DNA from: a virus | Lineage: Duplodnaviria; Caudoviricetes | DNA length: 64,000 nt | IMG/VR virus record: IMGVR_UViG_2845838682_000001 | Strand: one strand, 5' to 3' | Shown: positions 1-8,256 of the stretch, piece by piece | Layout: the number at the start of each line of letters is the position of its first letter | Position numbering within the stretch: the stretch's first letter is position 1 | The notes under the pieces: model-generated | What the model was told of the DNA's origin: nothing | The model's input: the letters and a program-made list of their open reading frames with translations, nothing else | The model's database searches: none | Program-made: the position numbers and the translations under genes

Positions 1-350
1 GCGTCGGTGCGCGGCGACCGCGCGCGGATGATGCCGGACGCATACGCCGGGGCGATGCCGGCGCGCACCCCGTAGCGCCGGGCGTAGGAGGCGGCCACCT
101 GCTCGGGGTCCCGGGTCAGGTGGACATAGGTGGGCTCGTCGCCGAAGCGTTTACCGAGTTCGCCCAGGAACCAGGAGAGCCGGTTGTCGACCTCCACATG
201 GCCCTCGGGGTAGTCCAGCCGGCCGGGGCCGATCAGGTGGGCGCGGGACTCGTGCCCCACCGTGTGGCTGAGGACGTGCGCCTGCAAGGCGCGAGCGAGC
301 GTCACCGACCCGCACCGGCCGGTGCACAACACGAACACGCGCCTCACCAT
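1..350 (-). CDS. Sulfotransferase-like P-loop protein (runs off left edge; not in ORF track)
   Basis: Hand translation MVRRVFVLCTGRCGSVTLARALQ...GHES...VEVDNRLSWFLG...YVHLTRDPEQVAASY. The xxGRxG(S/T) loop after the first beta strand and the VHLxRDP motif are typical of the sulfotransferase fold. The start overlaps the upstream stop (ATGGTGA). Confidence 0.6.
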   Translation of the reverse strand, partial: MVRRVFVLCTGRCGSVTLARALQAHVLSHTVGHESRAHLIGPGRLDYPEGHVEVDNRLSWFLGELGKRFGDEPTYVHLTRDPEQVAASYARRYGVRAGIAPAYASGIIRARSPRTD

Positions 351-964
351 GTCGCCTCCCCGCGACGGCGCCGCCCGTTGTTCCAGTAGTGCTCCACCCA
401 CCCCTGGTCGCCGAACATGTCCTCGGAATCGAGCACGATCACGTCGTCCCGGAACCGCCTCTGGTAGGTGCGGGTCAGGTGCCACGGCCCGATGGATTGA
501 GCGAGAGGGCGGTGCCCGTAGGCGGCGAGCGCGTCCGGCAACTGGTCGACGAGGTCGCCGATGAAGGAATGGTTCGGGGCGGCGGCCATGACGCAGTTCG
601 TGATCGGGTGCTCGCCGCGGATGTGCTGCGGGCTGTAGGCCACCACGCAGCTGCGCTCCTGCAGGAGCGGGTCCAGGCTGCGGCGCGGCACCGTGTCGGT
701 GTCGGCGTAGACCCCGCCCAGCTCCCGCAGGATCTCAAGGCGCACCAGGTCGGCGCGGAAGCGTTTCCAATCGGCCGGGTAGTAGGCGGCGGCCTGGTCG
801 AAGGTGTCCTGGTTGGCCAGCGGCGGCAGCGCGCTGGTGGCCTGCCAGTTGACCACGGTCCAGTCGGGGTGCAGCCGGGCCCACTCCCGGCCGTTGGCGG
901 CGACCTGGTCAGGCATGGGGTCGTCCAGCCAGATGCGGTGGATAAGCCGGGGGATCATGACCAC
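344..964 (-). CDS. Glycosyltransferase, GT32/DXD sugar-binding family
   Basis: IPRLIHRIW N-terminus, RADLVRLEIL..GGVYADTD (DxD motif), N.VMAAAPNHSF, GPWHLT. Confidence 0.9.
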   Translation of the reverse strand: MVMIPRLIHRIWLDDPMPDQVAANGREWARLHPDWTVVNWQATSALPPLANQDTFDQAAAYYPADWKRFRADLVRLEILRELGGVYADTDTVPRRSLDPLLQERSCVVAYSPQHIRGEHPITNCVMAAAPNHSFIGDLVDQLPDALAAYGHRPLAQSIGPWHLTRTYQRRFRDDVIVLDSEDMFGDQGWVEHYWNNGRRRRGEATW

Positions 965-1800
965 GCGTCCTCCGGTTCGTCCTCGCGGCCGCTGCCGGCC
1001 TGCCCCTGCCCGGTGTCGCCGTCGGCCGGCTCCGGCTGCTGCGGGCCCTCATCGGCGGGCGCCGCCTCCTCCTCACCACCGGGATCGTCCTCGACGGCCG
1101 GCGTTGCGGGCCGCAGCAGGGCGGGGTCGCGGTGGGCCACCACCAGGCCGCGGCGGCCGGGCCGCCGCGTCCACGGGATCAGCACCGGCTCGTCGTAGGA
1201 CCACCCGTCGGGGCCGGTGTAGCGCCACCCGGCGGTGTAGCCGGTGCCCAGCACACGCGCTGTCGCGGCCACCACGCCGGGTTCGGCGGCGCCGTGCACG
1301 ACCACTGCGGCGTCGTCGGCCAGGTGCTCCACCCATGCCTGCAGGTCGGCCGCGACGGCCGCGCCGGTGTGTTCGGCGTCGTGCACCAGCAGCCCGACCG
1401 CGGGACCGCGCCACTTGGCTCCTGTCGTGCGGGCATAGCCCCTCTTGACGGTCAGCACCTCCGGGCCGGCGTCGATGCGGTCCATGTGGGATTTGAACGC
1501 CTGGTAGGTGGCGGGATGGCTGTAGGTGCCGGAGTAGGGGCTGTAGTGGTCGCGGCGCATCCCCCACGGGTCGACGGCGGTGACGTGGGCCCCGTGGCCC
1601 TCCTGCGCCCCGAGGAGCAGCCACCCGGTGGCCCGCCCCCGGTAGACGCCCAGCTCCACGATCGCCTGGCCGGAGGGCACGGAGGCGGCCAGGGCCCGCA
1701 GCCGGCGGCACGCCGACAGCTCCGTCTGCCCGGTGTGGCGCTTGCTGCGCGCCCACTCGGTCACCACCCCGGCGTCGATCACGCTCGTCCTCGTCGTCAT
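955..1800 (-). CDS. Class I SAM-dependent methyltransferase (Methyltransf_24-like)
   Basis: IVELGVYRGRAT (motif I), VTAVDPW, LLVHDAEH...V.ADLQAW..HL; acidic low-complexity C-terminal tail. Confidence 0.8.
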   Translation of the reverse strand: MTTRTSVIDAGVVTEWARSKRHTGQTELSACRRLRALAASVPSGQAIVELGVYRGRATGWLLLGAQEGHGAHVTAVDPWGMRRDHYSPYSGTYSHPATYQAFKSHMDRIDAGPEVLTVKRGYARTTGAKWRGPAVGLLVHDAEHTGAAVAADLQAWVEHLADDAAVVVHGAAEPGVVAATARVLGTGYTAGWRYTGPDGWSYDEPVLIPWTRRPGRRGLVVAHRDPALLRPATPAVEDDPGGEEEAAPADEGPQQPEPADGDTGQGQAGSGREDEPEDAWS

Positions 1801-1803
1801 GGG

Positions 1804-2133
1804 TTATGCCTCCTCGCTGGTGTCGCCGTCGGTGATGCGATGCCAAGTGCCCCCGGCGGCGTAGGCGCCGCCGTCGCAGCGGCCCTTCGCGTGGCCGGGG
1901 AAGACGCCCTCCGCGTCGGCGACGGGCAGGCTGTAGTGCACCGTCTCGTGGAAGAACAAACCGGTCGGGTTGAGGACGCAGAGGTCCACCGTGGTCGCCA
2001 GGCCGTCGTAGTGGCCGGCCGCGGTCACCACCGCCGCCCGGCATACGGGCGGGAACCGGCCGTCGGCGGAACCGCGGGCGACATAGTGCACGGTCGCGCC
2101 CACGCGCGGCTGCTGGTGCAGGGCCATAGTCAC
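1804..2133 (-). CDS. Hypothetical actinophage protein
   Basis: PRVGATVHYV...CRAAVVT...DLCVLNPTGLFF pattern, recalled from actinophage proteins near tail/lysis genes; stop-start overlap with upstream gene. Confidence 0.6.
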   Translation of the reverse strand: MTMALHQQPRVGATVHYVARGSADGRFPPVCRAAVVTAAGHYDGLATTVDLCVLNPTGLFFHETVHYSLPVADAEGVFPGHAKGRCDGGAYAAGGTWHRITDGDTSEEA

Positions 2134-2387
2134 GCCTCCTCGGGGGCCGGCCAGGTGGTGCCGGGCACGCTGCCGGTGTAGGTGCGCTCAGCGCGGACCT
2201 GAGCCTGCGGGTAGGTCGCGGCGAGCTCGGCGAGCACGTGGTCGGCGGCCGCCTGCGCGGCGGCGTCGGCGATCTCGCCGCGCCCCCCGGATCCGATCGC
2301 GAATTCGAAGGTCAGGTCGAGATAGGGCTCGTCGTCGACCGTGCTGATGGAGTACACGACACTGGTCGCGCCGTCGGGAACAGCCAC
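2130..2387 (-). CDS. Hypothetical protein
   Basis: ORF with GAGGAG RBS, coupled to neighbouring genes. Confidence 0.6.
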   Translation of the reverse strand: MAVPDGATSVVYSISTVDDEPYLDLTFEFAIGSGGRGEIADAAAQAAADHVLAELAATYPQAQVRAERTYTGSVPGTTWPAPEEA

Positions 2388-2403
2388 AACTCCTCCTCAA
2401 GGG

Positions 2404-2946
2404 TTATTGGACACGGGTGTAGAAGCAGCGGGTGCGGGTGGCGCCCCGCAGGACGGTGGCCTCGGCGTGGGCGGCCCACTGGGCCCACTGGAGCACCGCG
2501 GACCCCGAGGAGCCGCCGACCTGGATGGACCCGTACTCGTGCGCGGACAGGAAGTCGTTCACACCGGACCCTTCGGCGCGGATCTCGGTGCTGGTGGCGG
2601 GGGACCGCATGGTGACCGTGCCGCCGTAGGTCAGGCTGATGCCGGAGTTCGTCTGCACATCCAGGCACGCGATTTGGCGCGGCGCCGTCGTCCCCGTCGG
2701 CACCAGCCAGTTCCACCGGATGCCGCCGCCCTCGGTGTCGTTGTTGGTGTTGCGCGCCGAGTAGGTGAGCACCAGGTGGTACCAGTACGTCGCCCCGGAC
2801 TCCAGCGGGATGACGATCTCGGAGGCCACCAGGTTCGTGGACTCGGCCACCTCCTGGTTCTCCGACGCGACGACCATCTTCATCCGGGAGGCGTTGAGGC
2901 GGTCAGCGGTCAGTGTCATGCCGGCGAACCACTGTGGGTAGGGCAC
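2404..2946 (-). CDS. Putative small tail-fibre/tail-tip accessory protein
   Basis: MPYPQWFAGMTLTADRLN N-terminus typical of actinophage distal tail proteins; beta-rich; follows the large tail protein. Confidence 0.6.
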   Translation of the reverse strand: MPYPQWFAGMTLTADRLNASRMKMVVASENQEVAESTNLVASEIVIPLESGATYWYHLVLTYSARNTNNDTEGGGIRWNWLVPTGTTAPRQIACLDVQTNSGISLTYGGTVTMRSPATSTEIRAEGSGVNDFLSAHEYGSIQVGGSSGSAVLQWAQWAAHAEATVLRGATRTRCFYTRVQ

Positions 2947-2956
2947 GGGGATCTCC

Positions 2957-5900
2957 TTAGAGTCCGATGACGGGGCTGCGGTCGAGGCTCAGGCCGGTGC
3001 CCGCCGGGTGGTCTTTGCTGACGGTGTTGATGGAGCGCTGCACCGTCATCGACTGGGGGGTGACGACCTCCGCCAGCTGGAACCGGAACGAGGGGTTGGT
3101 GCCGGTGAACGCCGGGTCGCACACGGCCGAGAACCCGAGCTGGCCGGCGTCGATACGGCCCGCCGAGGAGGGGATGGTGCGGTCGATCATCCAGTGGTGC
3201 GGCTCCATGTGGCCTAGATCGAGGCCGGCGCCGAGGTCGGTCTCACCGGACGGGTAGCGCTGGTGCCACACGCGGGCGAGGACGCGGTGCCCGATGATGC
3301 GGGTCCGCACCCAGATCCGGGAGTCCACGCCGGCGTTGGCGTCGTAGGCCAGGGGCGGGGCGGTGACGTGGCCCGAGTCGATCTGTGTTTCGCCGCGCGC
3401 CACGCTGAGGTTGACGGCGCCCAGGTGGGAGAAGTGCACGCGCAACTGGTAGAAGTCGTCGGCGCCGGTGTGGCGCAGCACCAGCCCGCCGATTTGCGGC
3501 CCCCCGGGGCTGATCTGGTTGACGCGGATGCTCCACAGCACCTCGCAGTCGCCGACCGCCACCCCGGGGTCGAGCAGCTGGGTGCGCAGCGTCGTCAGCC
3601 CGGCGTTGAGCTGGATGTAGCCGTAGTGGTCGACGGCGTCGACACCGAGGTTGGTGTCCGGCACCGCCGTTTCGGCCCAGGGCGTACCGGACTCGCTGGT
3701 GCCCCAGGTGTTGGCGCCGCGGCTGTTCCGGAAAAGGTCCCACGCCGCGGGTTGGGCGTGGGTGACCCGCATGACCTCCCCGCCCGCGCGCACGTCGAAG
3801 GGGAACTCGGTGGCGTGGGTGGCGGTGGCGCCGTCGGCGTTGATCCACCGCGACCCGCCGTACTCGTCCTGCACCGTGGCGACCCACACCTGGGTGTCTT
3901 CGGCGCCGATGGCCTCCACCAGGGCGGAGCCTGAGGTGTCGGCCCGGTTGGGCCGGTTCGGGCCCGCCTCGGTGCCGTCGGAGAGCACGGCCTCGTCGAG
4001 CCAGAGCAGGTCGGTATCGGCCGGGGTGGGGCGCTGGTTGATGTTGACGCGCAGCCGCCACGCGCCTTCGGGGGCGACGCTGGACCCCTGCAGGTAGGTC
4101 CACTCCTCCACCGGAGTCGGGGTGGCGAGCAGGATGAACGGGAACCCGAGGTAGGTGCCGTCGACGTCGAACCACTCGATGCTCATGTCCACGTCGTGGC
4201 CGGTGGTCGAATACGCCCAGACGCCGAAGTGGTACTCGGTGCCGGCGTGCACCCGCGGGGAGTTCTCCCACCGGGTGCGGACACGCGCCACCTCCGAGGT
4301 GCCGTCGGGCACCTGCACCAGCGACCCCGACCCGCGGTAGGCCCGCACCCGCGAGTGGTAGATCGTGGACCCGGTGGACTCCCACCCGTAGGCGTAGACC
4401 TCGAAGGAGTGCTCGGAGTTGAGCACCAGCTCCCCGGAGGTTTCAGCGACCTCGCTGATCGCCGCGGGGGAGGCGTTGTACTCCAGGTGCCACTCGTGGG
4501 TGGTGATGGTCTCGTCGTAACCCTCCACGGCCGCGGTGATCGCCTCGGGCGGCAACCACGGCGGCGGGTTGGTGATGTGGATCTGGTCGCCGGCGTCCAC
4601 CCCCGCCAACGCGTCGCGCAGGTCGACCATGCGGCGGTTGGTGAGGTTGGAGTGCAGCTGCGGATACCGCGCCTGGTCCACGGTGCCCTTGTGGACCCGC
4701 CACCCCGCCTGGTCGGCCAGCTGGTCGTCGGAGTAGACGTTGACGGTGACCGAGTCGGAGTAGCGCCCCACCCCGGCGGGGGGTTCGGCTGTGCCCAGCG
4801 GCCCGGTGGTCTGCTCCACCCGGTGTTCGCCGCCGTCGCTGCGTTCGGCGGTGACGTCGTTGGACAGCTGCTGGTCGTCATCGACCGGCGACAGCGGCTC
4901 GAACGTCTGCCCCGCGGCGTAGTCCAGGGCGACGACGTGGGGTGCGACGTGGGCGTAGCCGGTGTAGGTGCGCCACACGGTGTCGCCGATGTAGCCGGTG
5001 GCGTGCAGCGCGATGGTGTGGCCCGAGTCCACGATGCGCAGGGTGCCGTACCGGTCGCGGCCGGTGGACTGGCCCTGGTCGTACTGGCCCTCCGGCAGCG
5101 CGGCGTGGGCCGCGTCCAACGACCCCAGCATGAACAGCGGAAATCCGCCCCACGGGTTGTTCGGACCGCTGGAGATGGACAGGGCGTGCTTGTCGGCCTG
5201 CAGCATCACCATCCGCTCCAGCCACCCGGTGTCGCCCAGCAGCTCCACCAGCTCCTGGCGGTCACGCCGGAACATGCGGAAGGAGTCGCGGGAGTAGTCG
5301 GCGCCGGAGTAGGCGATGCCGGCGTCGCGGGTGTGGCCCTGGTCGGACAGCCACAGCGACGGCATCACCAGCACCAGCGCCTTGGCGGAGGAGTTCCGCA
5401 GCACCTGCTCCATCCAGATCTTCTGCGGCACCCCCAGCATCGTTTTCGGCGAGCCGGGGTCGGTGTCGAGCACGCTGTTGGGGTCGCGGGCCCACCGCAC
5501 ATCGCACGCGAGGAACTGGACTCGGCCGATCTGCCACGCCTGGGCGATCGGCGCGTTCGTCGCTGACGCCCCGCCCACGGCCAGGGGGTAGTGCGGCACG
5601 ATCTCGCGGTATACCTCGGCCGCGGCCTGCCGCCCGAGGTGTGTGGAATCGGAGTTGTTGGGGCCGTAGTCGTGGTCGTCCCACACATAGGCCATGCCCA
5701 CGTCGCGGAAGAAGCGGCCTTGGCGCGCCTGCGCGCCGAGGGTGCCGTTGTAGGTCAGCAGGTCGGCGAACGCGTCCCGGTACAGGGCGTGGTCGTTGAC
5801 GGCGATGTTGCGGTAGTGGGCGTCGCCCAGGTGCACGAACTGCACCCACTCCTCGGCCAGCGCCCGGTCCCGCATGGTGTCGAACACCGGGTGGTTGGAG

Positions 5901-6259
5901 ACGCCGTCGACGATGTGGGAGTCGTCGCCGTTGCCGGTCAGGCCGGCGTCTCCGGCCGCCCCCACGACGAACGACGCCGGTTCCCCCACCAGGGGGTGGG
6001 TGCGGAACGTCCCCGAGAACGCGGTGTCGAGGACACTGTCGTCCTCCACGGCGTAGTAGTAACGCGTATCGGTCGCCAACCCGGTGGCCTCGATCGAGAC
6101 CACCCCCTCGGCGGTGGGCGCCACCGGCCCGAAGAACAGCGGGCTGGCCAAGCCCGGATCGGTCGAGACGGCCAGCCGCGTGCTGGACCCGGTGACCTTG
6201 CCCCGCACCCAGATACTCGTGTCGGTGCCGGCCCCGGCCCACACCCACTCCACACTCAC
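2957..6259 (-). CDS. Tail protein: N-terminal PhoD-like metallophosphoesterase (aa 1-~440), C-terminal half of the conserved tail-tip protein, CBM-like beta-sandwich, further beta-rich domain
   Basis: FN3-like N-terminus, then GAAGDAG, HLGDAHY, WDDHDYGPNN, ADKH metal-binding motifs. From aa ~443 ALDYAAG..LSPVDDDQ..NDVTAER..GVGRY..V.V tail motif. GTEYHFGVWAYS..IEWFD..G..EWTYL CBM4/9-like segment. No signal peptide. Confidence 0.85.
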   Translation of the reverse strand: MSVEWVWAGAGTDTSIWVRGKVTGSSTRLAVSTDPGLASPLFFGPVAPTAEGVVSIEATGLATDTRYYYAVEDDSVLDTAFSGTFRTHPLVGEPASFVVGAAGDAGLTGNGDDSHIVDGVSNHPVFDTMRDRALAEEWVQFVHLGDAHYRNIAVNDHALYRDAFADLLTYNGTLGAQARQGRFFRDVGMAYVWDDHDYGPNNSDSTHLGRQAAAEVYREIVPHYPLAVGGASATNAPIAQAWQIGRVQFLACDVRWARDPNSVLDTDPGSPKTMLGVPQKIWMEQVLRNSSAKALVLVMPSLWLSDQGHTRDAGIAYSGADYSRDSFRMFRRDRQELVELLGDTGWLERMVMLQADKHALSISSGPNNPWGGFPLFMLGSLDAAHAALPEGQYDQGQSTGRDRYGTLRIVDSGHTIALHATGYIGDTVWRTYTGYAHVAPHVVALDYAAGQTFEPLSPVDDDQQLSNDVTAERSDGGEHRVEQTTGPLGTAEPPAGVGRYSDSVTVNVYSDDQLADQAGWRVHKGTVDQARYPQLHSNLTNRRMVDLRDALAGVDAGDQIHITNPPPWLPPEAITAAVEGYDETITTHEWHLEYNASPAAISEVAETSGELVLNSEHSFEVYAYGWESTGSTIYHSRVRAYRGSGSLVQVPDGTSEVARVRTRWENSPRVHAGTEYHFGVWAYSTTGHDVDMSIEWFDVDGTYLGFPFILLATPTPVEEWTYLQGSSVAPEGAWRLRVNINQRPTPADTDLLWLDEAVLSDGTEAGPNRPNRADTSGSALVEAIGAEDTQVWVATVQDEYGGSRWINADGATATHATEFPFDVRAGGEVMRVTHAQPAAWDLFRNSRGANTWGTSESGTPWAETAVPDTNLGVDAVDHYGYIQLNAGLTTLRTQLLDPGVAVGDCEVLWSIRVNQISPGGPQIGGLVLRHTGADDFYQLRVHFSHLGAVNLSVARGETQIDSGHVTAPPLAYDANAGVDSRIWVRTRIIGHRVLARVWHQRYPSGETDLGAGLDLGHMEPHHWMIDRTIPSSAGRIDAGQLGFSAVCDPAFTGTNPSFRFQLAEVVTPQSMTVQRSINTVSKDHPAGTGLSLDRSPVIGL

Positions 6260-8256
6260 TGACGTCCTCCTTGGTTGTAGCGGGACCGGGTGGTCCGATA
6301 AATCAGCGCGATGTCGGACCGCGACTCGTAGAGCACCCCGTCGTCGACCTGCTCTGCCTCGCGCATCACCGCCAGGGGCGCCTCGGTGCGCTGGGGCCCC
6401 ATCGGCGGGGTCAGCTCCAAATCACCCACCGCCTCGAACGCCAGGCCCTGCTCGGCGGCGACGCGGGCGATACGCACCCCCGCCGGTTCGCCGGTGTGCC
6501 CATACATCGCCTGCGTGACCTCTTGGGCCGAGGGCGGGGCGGGCACCGCCTGCTCGTCCCACACGGTGATGTGGCCGATGGAGGCGTGCGCGCCCTCCGG
6601 CGCGGCCGGTTCCCGCAGGTTCCACCAGTACTGGGCCGAACCGGGCGGCTCCGGCGCCGCAAACCCCGACGTGGTGCCGTCCAGCAGCAGCTCCCCGTCG
6701 ACCCACAGGCCCCAGTCGGATTCGCCTGCCCCGTTGTCGGCGACACGCAGCCGCACGTGCCGCAGCTGGTCGGTGAAGAACCGGGCGTCGTCGGAGACAC
6801 CGAGGTGGGTGAACCCGGGCACGGCGGCGTCCTCGGGCACCAGCCGCACCCACACCCGCATGTCGGGCGCCTCCTGGTCGAACCGGACCCGCCACTCCTG
6901 GCGGGTGCCGGCGCCGTCGGGCCGGGTCATGACGACGAGGCGGTCCTGCCCGCCGACGCCGGCGCGCACCATGTCCACCGACCAGTCGGTGGAGGCGTCC
7001 TGGGAGGACACCCGCCCGGAGATGCGGCCCAGGTCCCGGTGGGTGCGGGCGACCGGTTCCAGCCAGGCGGCGAGGCTGCCTTCGCGCCAGTCGAGGCGGG
7101 CCTGGGTGCCCATCTGCCCTGGGGGCGCGTCGACGACCACCGCCATGTCGTAGGGGCCGGCGTCCGGGCTCGCCACGAGAGCGGTGGCGCCGTCGGTCAG
7201 CGGCCAGTACGCCACCGGGGAGCGGGCGTTGATGAATCGCCGCAGGGCGGACTGTTCGGGGGCGGTGCCCTGGCCGAGCCGCCGCAACACCCCGGAGGCT
7301 TTCAGCGGCACCCACACGTCGTTGTCGGAAACGTCCCAGGAGACGGGCCATTCGGCGACTTCGCCGGTGAACCGCGGGATGGTGGTCCCGTCGACGACGA
7401 TGGACACCCTGATGGGGGTGTTGCGGCCGATCAGCCCGAAATAGGGAGAGCCAGGGTTGCGGGGGGAGAACCGGCCGCCGCGGTTGTTGATCGTCAGGGA
7501 GCACGAGGACGCGTCGGCGGTGTCGGTCTCATCGGCGCGGCCGCGGCTGATCTCCACCGGTTCGGTGTCGCGCACATCCGCGCTGATATCGACCCAGCCG
7601 CCGTCGATGACCAGCTCGGTGCGGATCGTCAGGGGGAACGTCGGCGGCGGGGCGGGTGCCGGTGTCGGCTTCAGCAGCACCGCGATGGTCGACATGAGCC
7701 CGACCGTGCCGGCGGTGACGGTGTAGCCGGTGGTGGGGCCCTCGCGGGTGATCTGGCGGGTGCCGGTGATCCACCCGCGGTCCATGTGCTCCACCACCTC
7801 CAATCCCGCCGGGGAGAACGCCTTGGTGGTGTCGTCCCAGTGGAATCCGCCGACCACGAGGAGGTCGCCGCGCTGGGCGGGCAGGGACGGCACGTCGAGC
7901 TGGGCGGCGTCCTGGTCGCCGGTGACCGCGGTGGCGTGGGTGCGGATGGCCGCGACGCCGCGCAGCGCGATGATGTGCAGGAAATGCCAGTGGTCCCCGG
8001 CCCAGGTCACGGTGACCTGGTCGGGGTCGTCGGCCTGGTCCTGGCGGGTGAAAAGCCAGGTGTAGGCTTGGGCGCCCTCGTTGATCAGCTCCTCGTTGAC
8101 CACCGCCCACCCGGTCGGGAACTGAACGATTTCGACTTCGTCGTTGGCGCTGGCGAACATCAGCAGCCGGTCGCCGGCCTGGGTGGCGGGCGGCACATCG
8201 GCGGTCACTTCGGCGACGAAGCCGCCGGCGACGGTGGAGCCGATGATCTCGATCAT
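6256..8256 (-). CDS. Minor tail protein (distal-tail/tail-tip N-terminal half, LamG-like region)
   Basis: GGWVDISADVR..VEISRGRADE..ASSCSLTINNRGGRFSPRNPGSPYFG and YWPLTDG motifs of actinophage tail-tip proteins; directly after tape measure. Confidence 0.85.
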   Translation of the reverse strand: MIEIIGSTVAGGFVAEVTADVPPATQAGDRLLMFASANDEVEIVQFPTGWAVVNEELINEGAQAYTWLFTRQDQADDPDQVTVTWAGDHWHFLHIIALRGVAAIRTHATAVTGDQDAAQLDVPSLPAQRGDLLVVGGFHWDDTTKAFSPAGLEVVEHMDRGWITGTRQITREGPTTGYTVTAGTVGLMSTIAVLLKPTPAPAPPPTFPLTIRTELVIDGGWVDISADVRDTEPVEISRGRADETDTADASSCSLTINNRGGRFSPRNPGSPYFGLIGRNTPIRVSIVVDGTTIPRFTGEVAEWPVSWDVSDNDVWVPLKASGVLRRLGQGTAPEQSALRRFINARSPVAYWPLTDGATALVASPDAGPYDMAVVVDAPPGQMGTQARLDWREGSLAAWLEPVARTHRDLGRISGRVSSQDASTDWSVDMVRAGVGGQDRLVVMTRPDGAGTRQEWRVRFDQEAPDMRVWVRLVPEDAAVPGFTHLGVSDDARFFTDQLRHVRLRVADNGAGESDWGLWVDGELLLDGTTSGFAAPEPPGSAQYWWNLREPAAPEGAHASIGHITVWDEQAVPAPPSAQEVTQAMYGHTGEPAGVRIARVAAEQGLAFEAVGDLELTPPMGPQRTEAPLAVMREAEQVDDGVLYESRSDIALIYRTTRSRYNQGGRQ

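Noticed and set aside
1-2946. Endolysin/holin
   Set aside because: No amidase/peptidase lysin or holin recognised in the window; presumably beyond the left edge
4936-6259. PhoD block as an intein or intron
   Set aside because: No Cys/Ser N-terminal or His-Asn C-terminal splice residues; it has its own start codon and RBS and is a recognisable enzyme
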